Shown piece after piece: positions 40,118 to 54,222 of a stretch of 64,000 nucleotides of DNA. The stretch lies in the NCBI GenBank assembly GCA_951406725.2, contig OX597814.1:89900001-89964000 (forward strand), read 5' to 3'. The number at the start of each line of letters is the position of its first letter. Position 1 is the stretch's first letter. The position numbers and the translations under genes were made by a program. Source of the DNA: Octopus vulgaris (taxonomy: Eukaryota). The notes under the pieces were generated by a model. The model saw only the letters and a program-made list of their open reading frames with translations, made no database searches and was not told the origin of the DNA.

Positions 40118-42989
40118 CTCAAATGTACAAATGATGCATTTAACACAATATTTTTCACGCGGTGTAAACAAGCGGGCAGAGACCGACACTAAAGAGAACC
40201 CGCGCGCACATACCTGCATAAATGCACAAAAAGCTTCACTCAGAGACACGCACGGAATTTTGTGGAGCTTATGTCCACCCAATTTTACTCAGAGTATTGC
40301 TAAATCTGATACATGTGTGAAGATGTCATGCAATGGGAACGAAACTGGAACTAGCGACCTTGTTTTCATGCGAATCTGTTTAACCACACATATACGCTAG
40401 CACATATGTCTCCAATGTGGAATAGAAATAGATAAATCCTCCTTTAAAAAAAGATGTTTTTATAAAATTCCCTGATTGTAATGTTGTACAGTAATAATTT
40501 ATTGTAATAAGCAGGTTAATGACAAATTCAAAACTCTACATTTTTATGAGACCAGGACAAAATGAAATATTCATGTTGTGTGTAAACTACCGTAAATATT
40601 TCATTTGATCAACTCAGAATTTTATTATTTCTGTCTGAATGTGTACAAGTATTGATTAATCTGTGAATAAAATATTTTAAAAGAAATCCAGGTCATTATC
40701 AATGAGCAAATTATAATTTTACGCTCTTTAGCAATGCTCCTTCTCTGAATCTGCTCGAACCTCTTTGTTAGAAGCTTCACCGCATTTCTTTTTTCATTTT
40801 GAAGGACCATCTAAACAAGATCTGATGTATTTATTTCTTTTGTTGCTGATAGTGAAATTCTTTGAATGACAGTTCCTGCTTTATAACAACATCTCATAAT
40901 ATAGACAGAATAAATAAATGTCACGTTCCAATAAAATATTTCTTTTGATAACTTCAAATAACATGTTTTTTAAAAATTACTTTTTAGCGCCCTTTGAAAA
41001 TCATAGAAGTGAAGAAATCTTACATGCTTTGATAAAAAGCATTATTATAAAAGTTTTAGTTACTAGGAGTCATAATTTTCTCTTATCTATAAAACACAAA
41101 TCCTTCTTTACCGGAATAGATTATTATTATTGCCATTTATCCTCGGTCGCAGACCTTGCTGAAAATACTTTGTTCAAAATATCCTTCCTCTTTTAGGTGG
41201 TGGAGAAATTTGTTATTTATGGCAGGTCAAGCGACCAAATTGATGGCTGTGGAATGCATCTTTCAACTATGCGACTGCCTGTCTCCTATCCTTGATATTA
41301 AGCTGAACATGTATGTATATCTGTTAATGTTATCTGAAGGTTATGTTATCCTACAGTATAAAATACTGCTATTTTATATAGACAGAAAGCCTCAAATATA
41401 AACGAAAGGCACATCTGATTAAATCGGTCTAGAATATTTGGTTGTAACTTTTATTTTATCAATCTTCGAAAAGTTAAGTTAACACTGATCGGATTTGAAC
41501 TCAGAACTTAAAAATGACCCAACACATATCTTAATATATTTAAATCGGATGCTTTAAAGATTCTGCCAATTCATAATCCTACTATATCACAATTTCGTTA
41601 TCATTTATATAACTTTATCACTTACATAATCATTTCGGATATTTCATAATATTCACTGCTATTTTCCTAAAGTGTAAATATTCGTCTCTTCTTGTATGAT
41701 CACAAATTTTCGTCTTCTTCAAAAGGCTCTAAACCAGTATTTAAGAAACTTATGCTATTCAAAAATATCAAAAGAACTCTTCTCTTCTTTTCAAGGTGAC
41801 AGTTATTTATTCCGTCTAGACTGAACTATAAAGTAGCTAGAAAACAGAAAGTGTTTAGTGTTATTGAAAGACTATAAAAACATGATAAAAAGAACAATAA
41901 GCCACAACTAAAAAATTCTCTTCACATGTCTTACAGGAAAAAAAATACAAAATGAAGGAACAAAACTGAGATTAAGGAACCAAAATAGGCGCAGAAATAA
42001 AAGTAAAGATAAACTGATATAAGCAAAACATTTCATTACTATTTAAATAAAATAGTGACTTGACAGCAGCAATTTTAAGAAAATTCCTTAATATCTACGT
42101 CGAATGTTTGCGATTCGTTGTAAACAAAGTATGAAGTTTTCCGGTGTTCCTTCATTTCCAATCTTATATATGTATATATGTGTATATGTATGTTTATATG
42201 TGTGTGTATGCACGTATGTCTATACGCACACGCACGCGCGCATACACACATATATACTATCACACACATACACGAGATAAAATAAGAGTGAAATGGTTCA
42301 TGCTGATGGTTGAAAATGTTATAGATAAAATGATTGCGTAATAGTAATAGTTAAATGCTTGTTCTCCACAGAGGAAACAATGTTAGAGTGTTAATCGCAT
42401 TCGTGATCTTATTTCAGGGCGTCATTGAAATACTGTCATTGGTAATAAAAATCATTTGTGATATTGAATACGATAGTACTATTTGGCATTCAATCGATTT
42501 TCGCGAGGAAAAGTACGCGACAAAGATATAGTTGAAAATTCATCGACAATGGAAGAGTGAGTTGCGTGTATGTGTTTCGTATACATACCGGTTAGGTTTT
42601 TCTTTTCAGCAGCTACGAGTTATGCAACTGCATTCTGATTGAAGATTTACCTTTCTCACAAGCGTAGGTCGACAAAAGAAACGTACAAGTAATGGAAGTA
42701 TTAAATACTGTGGAATTTTCACAATAATTCATAAATAAAATTTGAATATGTCAACCAGTGGTGTACATATAACTAAAATACTCCAGTAGGGAATGTAAGG
42801 AAATAAAGGATAAACGATATATAGAGAGCTCAAACTAGAGAGAAAAAGAAAAATAGACTAAAATATCACAGAAAAACAAACTGTATGATGCACCGCAATA
42901 TATGCTCATGATAAAACACGGGAATGAGAAGAATTAAAAAAGAAACTGTAAAGCCGACATCAAATTATACAATTACATTTATAAATGTT

Positions 42990-43197
42990 GATTTCAAATT
43001 TTGATACAAGGCCCGCAATTTCATGGGAGAAGGTAAGTCGACTACATCAAACTCAGTGCTCAACCGGTACTTACTTTATCGAGCCCAAAGAATGAAGGGC
43101 AAAATCAACCTCGGTAGAATTTCAACACAGAACGTAAAGTCAGAAGAAATGTCGCCAAGCATTTTGTCAATGGCAGTAATTATTCTGCCAGCTCGAC
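42990..43197 (-). mobile_element. SINE family B, decayed
   Basis: Reverse complement gtcgagctggcagaat...caaaatgcttggcgacatttc...ccgaggttgattttgcccttcattc. Confidence 0.75.
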
Positions 43198-43894
43198 GAT
43201 TCGAATTACATGCAAGCATATCACCGTAAAAGTTTAAGTGAATTTTATGTAACAGCTTGCTGGCTTTTGTGGTATGAGTGCTATCCAAATATATGAAGCT
43301 GCATTTTATTTTAGATATTTGACTTCTAACATATCTAAAACGTTTACCCAGCTTACCTGACACGCATCAAGTTAATGATAATGGAATGGAGCACTAAATT
43401 AACATTAAGCACACACTTCTACTATGAAGCATAATGAATGCATATCCACATATGCATTGAATACATTTGCAAAAACGAATGGGTTTTGCTGGACTTTTGA
43501 TTTCATATATGAGGAATAAATCAAAATAGAATAAACAAGATATATTGAGTATTCCGAAGAGTTCAGTAGCACATACATGACAGGACAACAGGAAGTTACT
43601 ACTGACTTGGACAACAAACGGTTAAAGTGACTGGCTCGCTTGTATTTAGCTAATGGAAAATATTATCGTTACTTTGGATTCAGATCAACTTGTTTGAGAC
43701 AAAATGTTTCTTGAGGAAAAAGGAAAAAAGAAACTCATTAGTCGTTACTGACTGCTTTTATAATAGGCATAGGTGTGACCGTGGGTTAAGAAATTTGCTT
43801 TCAAACTACATGGTTCGGGGTCCAGTCCGACTGCGTGCTTACCAAAGTCTTGTGAGTGGATTTGGTTCACGGAAACTGAAATATATATATGTAT

Positions 43895-44109
43895 AGATCG
43901 CCATGTTGATTCGCTAGCCTCTGCACGCATTTTTTTTCTCTCCTTGTTTCTTTCTGTGTTTCTTTTCTGTGTATCTTTCTGTTGAAGAGCGTAGGCTCGA
44001 AACGTAAAAGACTTGTTTTATTTATATTCCTGAGCGCCATACTAATACAATTGTTTGTTTGTATTCCACCTGCCTTCGTCTTTTGTTTATTTTCATAAAG
44101 CTTCCCGTT
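43895..44109 (+). mobile_element. Solo PLE pseudo-LTR / 3' end, same family as 22715-24714, with hammerhead-like motif at 43974-44011
   Basis: Reverse complement of ~22715-22926; ends cttcccgtt followed by (AT)n exactly as the long copy does. Confidence 0.9.
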
Positions 44110-44149
44110 ATATATATATATATATATACATGTGTGTGTGTGTATTGGT

Positions 44150-44350
44150 AAAAACGGCAAGGTAACAAAAGAAAGAAAGAGACCTCAATATTATGTAAAT
44201 AGAGGAAATTTATCTGTAAATTAATATGTTACCATTATTCAATAGCCAAGATAAAACTCTGAGTTTCAGATGCCGAAGTGGAAATCCACAACACCATCTC
44301 TTCTGTTATCTGGCCATCTCGTCTCTGTTGTTTTTATCTTCCCAAAATTA

Positions 44351-44352
<2 letters not shown>
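44150..44352 (-). mobile_element. PLE-type terminal fragment with decayed hammerhead (44251-44309)
   Basis: Minus strand ATAA-CAGAAGA-GATG...CATCT-GAAA-CTC A GAG-TT-TTAT; same architecture as 59611-59677. Confidence 0.55.
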
Positions 44353-44435
<83 letters not shown>

Positions 44436-45122
44436 TGTGTGTGAGTATTTTCGTGTCTTTATTATTTATGTTCTCATAACTTAAAAAAGTAAAATAAATC
44501 CTGGGGTCGATTTATTCGACTAAAACCCTTAAGGTGGTGCTTAATCATGGCCGCAGTTAAATGACTGAAACATAAAATGACATGAAAGATAAAAGATAAA
44601 AGATAGGGGTTTCTCGTTTGGGGAGTTACAAGAATCTAATAACAAAAACAAACTATTATACCTGGCACGGAGTAATGATTAAGCTAGTTGATCCCCGCTC
44701 AACATGTCATTCTATTGTCCTGAAGTTCAGTTGTCTGATAGCATGTTGTCTTTCGCTTGGCTACTCTTGAACTGTCCGTTCGATAGTCAAAACTTTGTTG
44801 TCAAAATACTTTTATAATTTCAATATCAATTTTTTACAGTAAACATTAAACGGTTTCTTTATTTGCAAAGCTCAAAGTAAGAGAAACGTCACAACCAAAT
44901 GAACTCTATGTCAGTGACAAGGCAAAGCGGTGCATTTACAAACGCACAAGCACGCACGCACACACACACACGCACATACGCACACATACCCACAAACGCA
45001 CACACATATACACAACACACACTATATAAATAGATATACACATACCAAAAAAAAATCATGTACATACGTTCACAAACACAAATTCACACACGTACATAAT
45101 ACACACACACACACACAACACA

Positions 45123-45169
<47 letters not shown>

Positions 45170-46879
45170 ATATACACACAGATAGGCCACAGTCTTCTTC
45201 AAATCATCTCGTCTCTGCTGTTTTTATCTTCTCAAAATTAATTTATTGTATTAAAGTTAAGATGTTTGAAGTATAACTTTTATATATAGAAATATATAGA
45301 CGAAGTGTGACATTTTGACACTTTGTAATAACTAGCCTAATACAAGTCTTGAGACGCTGTTTAACCCTAGGTTAGTCCCGATCGAGCATGCATATGATCA
45401 AAGACGTTCAGCCACAATCATTTAGTGTGCTTATTGCTACATAGGATTGCATTACCTAAACTATTTTCCATTTTAAGAGCATAGACTATGTGTATGTGAG
45501 TATTTGTGTGCATGCGTATGTGTGTTAGTGTGTGTGTATGTGTGTGAGTGTATGATATTATGGCGATTTAGCTTGTTGACATATTATTTGCTGAGCGAAC
45601 ACAGCATGTCGAGCGGGCATCTTGAGGGTCTCTCATTACTTTCGGTTCTGAATGGTAAATTATGCTATTTAACTCCAAGTTCACAGACCCATATTCAAAG
45701 GTGTTCCAGCAATGAATATTTTTCTTTTTAATTTAAAACATTGTAGTTAAGTCCAGATTTATCCAATGTAGCTTAGCTTGTTTCAAAGACACCGAAGTAT
45801 AGTTTGACGAGGGATTTTGCTGTTATGTTTAGCAGATCAACAAATCACAAAGAGACTCCCTCATTTTCACGATAAATAGGCACGTGACTCTACAAGTTAC
45901 TTTAATACTTGTTTCATAGAATGTAAAAAAATTTGTTTAAAACTGTTTCAGATAAATTTTTGATATTCAATAACCGAGTGGTGTTAAGCATTAAACTGAT
46001 TACTCAATATAATGTTTACATTGAGTAAGCATTGACACAGACACGAGTATAAACACACACAGCAGGCTTCTACAGTGTTTCGATCAACGAAATTTAACTT
46101 ATAAGTTATTGATCAACGCTTTGATATAGTAGGAAACAGAGATTTTACCACGTATTCTGATCGCTCCTGGAATCCCAAGTTTACAAAGTAGACTACTTAA
46201 CAAAATTTGGTTCTTTCTGAATAGTTTTCCTCTGAAAACACCTAAACAATAAACCTGTGTCTTCAGTTGTGATGTAGAAAATGTAAGAAAAAAAATGTAT
46301 TTTTTTAATTGTGAAGCAAGCTCTAATACACTTAGAGGTTGATCACTGTAACTTTAATTAATGGAAATCGAGGCCACAATATTAGTGAAGGAAAGTAAAC
46401 ATAGCTGAATACTAACTAAATCACGAAAACAAATGCAGGGCAAGAAAACAATATGGAATACTTTTATCCAGTACTGCAACTCTTGCAAAGCTTCATCCGA
46501 ACCACAAAGATTACGTTTGTGTATCAATCATATAGTTTCCAAGCTCCTCAGCCTCCTATATTTCAACTGATCCTGCTGGTTCTTTGTCACAAATCTTATA
46601 AAGTTCTATTTTCCCGGTCATCTCAATGATAAATGTTCAGTGACGGCTACACAAACGGAGACGGCCTCCACCACTGCAGACCACATGCATCTAACACCAA
46701 CTTCGATACACACAAATATCCTACAAATCTATACCATTCCACTGCTGCAGGCTCACCAAGTGTGAAAAATATTTCGGATGCTTGAAACTGTCCCGGCCAC
46801 TGGCTGTTACAATGACCCTCCCGTTAACCTAAATCGATGCAGTCCCGAGTTAGTTCCTATAAACACCAAAAACTTCAAA

Positions 46880-48250
46880 CTTTTTCTGATTTAGGAATGT
46901 AATTCAATCTTTGAAACTCCTTACATTGTGCTCCATCCCCAAGAACAGCAACTCAGTTGAATGTGTTAATTATATTACTATCACACTAGCTTTCACTCAC
47001 AACAGAGTGGAGGCATTCATTAAAACGAAGACCCTCACTACCTTGAATCTCTCACTCTGTCTTTCTTTCTCTCTCCTTAAAAGCTTTGCTTAGCCAGATC
47101 CACTGGAGATCAGTCTTTCTATGACAATGACCAGCAGGCTCTCACCTTAAAGAAATCTGGCAAAAGCAAAGTTATCCAAAACATCATAAAATCTTCTGAC
47201 TGAAATGGGACGCGAAGCTCTAGTTAAAACTGATCGTATTTGAGCTCCAACCATCGCTCAAATTTGGGTTGATGATTTCTCATCACACTGCTATATCGCG
47301 GCTAGTGCTAATGGAGATTTTTCTGCCTCGTATTTTATCAAATTTATATATCCCAGCGTATGGTTTTGTCACAAATCTTGTACTCCCATACGTCAATGAC
47401 ATACCTGTTCTCACGCCAAACAATGCCCACTTATATACAAATGATATCACAATTCATTCGTTCCTGATCCTCTGCATCTAGGAATCATCGAGATGCAACT
47501 TAAGAATCTCCCGTCACACATACTGATACATTGAAACCCTCCTCTAATAGGGTAATGCCAACTTTTATCAATTGATGACCTGCCCTCTAAAAAAAACTGC
47601 TTAGGTGAAGAAAGCATCACTGCACCTAATACCACTTAAATATGAGCACCATGCAAGTAAAATCTAGATCTGGGTCTCACATGACAAACGCTCGTGATTA
47701 TCATAGCTTGGGCTGCATCTAAAAATGTAAGCCTTCTCTTCCAATACGTTCGCCTCCAATAAATACTGATCTTTACTAAACTCAGGTGAGACTCGTGTTA
47801 GTATAATCTTACATATGGGGCAGAGCTGTTGCCATACACTGAGATATCGGAAGACCTTATCTACACAAAATATCCCGTGACTGTTTGGCATCAATTCTTC
47901 ACTGTCATCTGGCATCTTCTGGTCAACAGACGTGCTGTCCTCTCTCCCTACGTTTTTTTACCTCTACTACATCCATTCTTCGGGGTTGGCTTGTATCATG
48001 CTATCACCACACAGTCTTTCTCAGCTTACTCATAGTTCCTTCTTTCATAAGATTCGGACTCCCAAGTCGCCGCATTAAAGCCTCTATGTCTAGTCCTTAC
48101 TTCATCGAACGTCGAGCTTCTTCATTTCTCTTCTTGCTGATGTCTATATCTACGTTCACCTACTTATACTGTTAAAGTGAAACTTTAACAGCATCCTTTT
48201 CAATGTTTTCGAAGGGACTGCGTAGGCTGCAGCAATAAAAGAATTTTTAA
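46880..48250 (+). pseudogene. Highly decayed APE-type LINE (CR1/Jockey-like) RT remnant
   Basis: LVLPYVNDIPVLTPNNAHLYTNDITI resembles LF..YINDL......LYADD; boundaries approximate. Confidence 0.5.
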
Positions 48251-48731
48251 AAAAACCCTTTAGTTATGTATCTTATTTACATTATTATATTAACTACAGT
48301 TTTCCTTGAGCAGGATGTATCATAAAAGATTTCGGATCTTCCTAGAAAGCTATTTAAATTCATAAAAACTGGCCGCATTTAGTGAATGGAAGCGTGTTCT
48401 GCTATCAATTAAAAGTAATCGACGTTGCCTCAGCATACGAAGGATTTACTTATAAACTGTGTTTAATATATTTCCATACTCGGTCTCATTCATGTTCAAA
48501 GAAGTACGATTCTCTTCACCGGAACAGCATTCCAGTTCAATACAATAAATGCCAATAACAGGAAGTAGCCTGACGTTGTAGTCGTAGAGAGTATGTATGT
48601 ATGTATGTATGTATGTATGTATGTATGTATGTATGTATGTATGTATGTATGTATGTATGTATGTATGTATGTATGCATGCATGCATGCATGTATGTATGT
48701 ATGTATGTATGTATGTATGTATGTATGTATG

Positions 48732-48787
<56 letters not shown>

Positions 48788-49243
48788 AATCAGTCTGTCT
48801 GTCTGTCTACCTGCGTGCCTGCCTGCCTGCGTGCCTGCCTGACTGTTTGTCTGTCTATTTGATTGTCTGACGGTCTATCTATTTGTCTATCTATATATAT
48901 TTTGTGTTACTAGCAAGCGGCGCACGGTACCAGAATATTCAACTCGAGTCAAATATTACAAATTACTGCAAACCGTCATTAGCTTATCCGCATAAATGAA
49001 GTCAAGAGCGGACAGTTTGTGCTTGCATCGAGTGACATTAGTTATAATAATGAAGCCCAATCAAATAGAGAAAACTTTGAGCTCATTTAATACGTACGTT
49101 CTAGGTTTGCGAGATATGTAGTAGGAAATACATTCGTAACGTAAACCTTCTTCAGTTAAAGCATTTCAAAATGCTTTAAGAAAATGATGGTAAAATACGT
49201 GATATTTAAAAATATCACTATTTGGACATACATACATACATAT

Positions 49244-49339
<96 letters not shown>

Positions 49340-50962
49340 TTATATATATCAACAACTCCTCTTCAGATATATGTTAAATGTATTTATGTGCATCAAAGTA
49401 TATGTCAAGTTGCTTTTCTGCTACCCTCCAGCGACGTAAACATAAATCCTGACAAAATACCAAAATATTCTTCTAATTTGGTCTGAAGCATATGAAAAAT
49501 ATATCAGAAGAATTACTGCAATGTACAGTATAGTTGTAAAGTATAGTTGTCGATTTTAGTAATATACTACCGCCATCAGTTAGATAAACTTTTCTTAAAG
49601 TAGCCATCTATGGCAACGTCTATATATTAAGCTACGAAAAATTTTGTCTGAATAGTTTCAACATTTTAAAATAAGTTATTAAATAAATTTTCGTCACAAC
49701 TTTTTACCCCATTCAATCCGCAATATGTTTGTTTGTTGCATTTATTTCAAAATTTCACATTTAGTTTTGATTTCGTGACTTTACAATAGTTTCAAATGTT
49801 GAAGAAGTATTTAACCGTGCTATGTGTCCGGAGCAAGACATAACAATATATTGCAGGTGATCAATAATTTACAATGACTATGAAAAGCATCCCAGAAAAC
49901 AAAACAATTATAGAAATCGTTTGATAGCAAAAACAACATAACAGTAGTAATTATTTAGGAATATAGTAATCTTTTGTAATAAGAGAAAAAGGAATTAGAG
50001 GATAAAGTAATAAAACTACCGTTAAAAATAACAAAAGAAACGTCAGATAAATATTTCCTTTGAGAACAATAACAATAATACCAACATTGATAATTATTTA
50101 TTTATGATCTTATTTACTATTATACCCAAAATATTATTCTTGTCATGGACTCCTTCTTTCAATGCAGTTATGTTCCAAATATAGCAAAACAATTAAAGAG
50201 AATAATTATTACTTCACGATCAGCTTCTATTGCTTTAGAATATTTCAAGAACAACATTATTTCTAGAATGGCTGAACATTACTTCATTTCACCAATTTAG
50301 TATTGCAGGCATTTTCGTTTGAAGACAACTATGATATATTCCTACGACATACAACCACACGTTTTCTTGAACGATAACATGTATTAACTAAGTTTTATAC
50401 ATTTCGTAGAGATGCCATTCAATGAAAGATTAAATAGGTTTTATTGTTTTATGTGAAATTTCTTCTTATTTCCTAAGAAAATTCTTATTCCACTGAGAAA
50501 TCTCGAAATTTCCTAATATTAGCTGTATGGACTCCTTTCTAAATGTTCATTGCAAATAATGTCAGTAAGAATCGATGCAACCATAAAATGCTGAAGCAAC
50601 GAATTGCATGAGTCGTAAGGGCTGTCATATTTGTTCTGAATCTCTGCACTCCGAATTCAGATCTGTCGGGGTTTCTGCACTCCGAGTTTAGATAGGTTCG
50701 GGGTTAAATTTACCTTTCATCCCTTTGATGAGAATGTTCCAGTCCAGCGTGATGAACTGTGTGAACTGTTAGATAGTTGCGCGTTAAGCCTTGCTACTGT
50801 CATTTTGCGTTTATATAGCCAGGTGAGGAACTCTATCAGCCTAAGTTAGCAGTTGTGATGTAGAGAGGGGACATTGCCATGCATGGGCACTAGCAGTCTT
50901 CCAAAAAGAATCTTGTTCAGGCCAGTGTATAGGTATATGTTCAACGTAAACCAATAGAGACC

Positions 50963-51028
<66 letters not shown>

Positions 51029-51072
51029 TTGTGTGTGTGTGTGATATTGTTGTTTTGGGAGAAAGAGATAAC

Positions 51073-51131
<59 letters not shown>

Positions 51132-51204
51132 AGCTTAGAGAAGAAGAAACCAAACGAAACCAAACGAATCGAATCGAATCGACGCGAAGGCGCTAAGTCA
51201 TACA

Positions 51205-51738
51205 ATAGTGTAATAAATAAAATATATGCATACATACAAACATATATGTACGTACCTACATCTACATGAATATATACATGCATATATAAATATATATACG
51301 TGTGTACAGGACACCACAAATAGACGTAGAACTCAACGAGAAACGAAAACGTAAAAACAGCATGGAATGGACCATTTTTTTAACAACGAAAAACAGAGTA
51401 CAAGACAACTACACAAGGAAAAATCCCCTTCATCAGCTGTCCCTAGCTCAACTCCAGCGTGTTTCGAAGGTGAGGACAGAAACACGCTGGAGTTGAACTA
51501 GGGACAGCTGATGAAGGGGATTTTTCCTTGTGTAGTTGTCTTGTACTCTGTTTTTTTCGTTGTTAAAAAAATGGTCCGTTCCATGCTGTTTTTACGTTTT
51601 CGTTTCTCGTTGAGTTCTACGTCTATTTGTGGTGTCCTGTACACATGTATATATATTTATATATGCATGTATATATACATGTAGATGTAGGTACGTACAT
51701 ATATGTTTGTATGTATGCATATATTTTATTTATTACAC

Positions 51739-51741
<3 letters not shown>
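51205..51741. repeat. Near-perfect palindrome, ~260-bp arms with 13-bp spacer
   Basis: 51205-51465 is the reverse complement of 51479-51741; (TA)n tracts lie on both sides of the element. Confidence 0.97.
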
Positions 51742-51797
<56 letters not shown>

Positions 51798-51800
<3 letters not shown>

Positions 51801-53866
51801 ATATATATAAAACTCTAGTTGTGTGAGTGTCTGTCCCCTTCGATTTAGATTCCTAACTCCTCTCACATTTTGCGGTGCAGTTTAACCAAATTCAGGTATC
51901 TTATAGTCGTGATTCATATCGAGCCCGTCTGACTATTAGCGCGCGTCAACGATGAGTCTACGATTTTAAAAATAATTTAACATCATTTTTTATTCCATTT
52001 TAATGCATAAAATGCATCGTGTGTCGATGGCGGCGGAGTTGGCGTCCACGCTCACAGCTGCACCTGTTTGCTTCTCCCCCTTCCCTCCCGCGTGAATCTG
52101 TGGGGAAGGGAGTGTAAAGAAATCAACGTCGTAATGCGTTGTGAAGGAAACCAGCGTTCTTTTAGAACAACGACTTCATGGCTTGAAGACACCAAAACAA
52201 AAATGGCTAAGAAAGCCCGAATTTATAAGGGAAGTAACTCTCTAAAAATGCTTATATAGTTATTTCCCTTACAAACCCGAGCAACGCCGGGCGATACTGC
52301 TAGTCTATATATATAAACTCTAGTTGTGTGAGTGTCTGTCCCCTTCGATTTAGATTCCTAACTCCTCCCACATTTTGCGGTGCAGTTTAACCAAATTCGG
52401 GTATCTTATAGTCGTGATTCATATCGAGCTCGTCTGACTATTAGCGCGCGTCAACGATGAGTCTACGATTTTAAAAATAATTTAACATCATTTTTTATTC
52501 CATTTTAATGCATAAAATGCATCGTATGTCGATGGCGGCGGAGTTGGCGTCCACGCTCACAGCTGCACCTGTTTGCTTCTCCCCTTCTTCCCTCCCTCGT
52601 GAAGCTGTGGGGAAGGGAGTGTAAAGAAATCAACGTCGTAATGCGTTGTGAAGGAAACCAGCGTTCTTTTAGAACAACGACTTCATGGCTTGAAGACACC
52701 AAAACAAAAATGGCTAAGAAAGCCCGAATTTATAAGGGAAGTAACTCTCTAAAAATGCTTATATAGTTATTTCCCTTACAAACCCGAGCAACGCCGGGCG
52801 ATACTGCTAGTATATATATAAAACTGTAGTTGTGTGAGTGTCTGTCCCCTTCGATTTAGATTCCTAACTACTCCCACATTTTGCGGTGCAGTTTAATCAA
52901 ATTCGGGTATCTTATAGTCGTGATTCATATCGAGCCCGTCTGCGTATCAGCGCGCGTCTACGATGAGTCTACAATTTTAAAAATAATTTAACATCATTTT
53001 TTATTCCATTTTAATGCATAAAATGCATCATGTGTCGATGGCGGCGGAGTTGGCGTCCACGCTCACAGCTGCACCTGTTTGCTTCTCCCCTTCTTCCCTC
53101 CCTCGTGAAGCTGTGGGGAAGGGAGTGTAAAGAAATCAACGTCGTAATGCGTTGTCAAGGAGACCAGCGTTCTTTTAGAACAACGACTTCATGGGTTGAA
53201 GACACCAAAACAGAAATGGTTAAGAAAGCGTCTACATGAGTCTACGATTAAAAAAAAATTTACCATCATTTTTTCCATTTTAATGCATTTTTCGCTATTA
53301 TATAAGGGAAGTAACTCTCTAAAAATGTCTACGATGAGTCAACGATTTAAAAAAAAATTACCATCAATTTTTATTCCATTTTTAATGCATTTTTTGGCTA
53401 TTTTTTTGCTATAACTCTCTAAAATGCTTATATAGTTATTTCCCTTACAAATCCGAGCAACGCCGGGCGATACTGCTAGTCTTTATATATAAAAGTAAGG
53501 TTGTGTGTCTGTCTACTCCGATTTAGATTCCTAACTACTCCCACATTTTGCGGTGCAGTTTAACCAAAACCGGGTATCTTATAGTCGTGATTCATATCTA
53601 GCCCTTCTGGGTATTAGCGCGCGTCTCCGATGAGTCTACGATTTTAAAAATAATTTACCATCATTTTTTCCATTTTAATGCATATTTTTTTAATATAAGG
53701 GAAGTAACTCTCTAAAAATGTCTACGATGAGTCAACGATTTAAAAAAAATGACCATAATTTTTTTCCATTTTTAATGCATTTTTTGCTATTTTTTGGCTA
53801 TAACTCTAAAAATGCTTTATTGTTATTTCCCTTACAAACCCGAGCAACGCCGGGCGATACTGCTAG
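51798..53866 (+). mobile_element. Head-to-tail array of four non-autonomous Helitrons
   Basis: Units 51798-52303, 52304-52810, 52811-53479, 53480-53866; each ends cccgagcaacgccggg(-like) hairpin + cgatactgCTAG; three begin with TC. Confidence 0.92.
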
Positions 53867-54222
53867 TATATATATAAATCCTTTCAAATGCAGCGGATAG
53901 CAAACTCAGTAACCTTATTAGTACTTAGTTTATTTCACTCTTAATTCTGATTTGAAATAATGATTTTTAAGAGGGTGAGTCACAAAATAACGCATTTTTT
54001 TAATTAGCGTTACCTTCTGACTCACCATCGTATTATCTTCTCATCGTTAATTGAGTCTGAATTGTCCAAATACTGAGTACTGTAATCTTTCGACTATCAA
54101 GGATGTTACGTTCCAAAACCACCCATAGAAATAATTTAAGTCTGAAAAGATATAAATACTTATCGGCTGCAGAAACTCGGATATACTTAGGAGACTTCTA
54201 TATAAATTTACATATATTTACA

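Larger units (their letters stand above)
43764..44605 (+). mobile_element. SINE family A split by PLE insertions in its internal microsatellite
   Basis: Head 43764-43880 (taggcataggtgtgaccgtggg...gtgagtggatttgg...gaaactgaa); tail ~44440-44605 (cctggggtcgattt...aaatgactgaaac). Confidence 0.75.

Noticed and set aside
40600-41400. Possible host exons or transposase remnant
   Set aside because: Short ORFs only; no motif I can identify with confidence
51460-51520. GAAAC and CTGATGA motifs at the centre of the palindrome as a hammerhead
   Set aside because: The motifs are in permuted order and I could not build convincing stems I and III by eye
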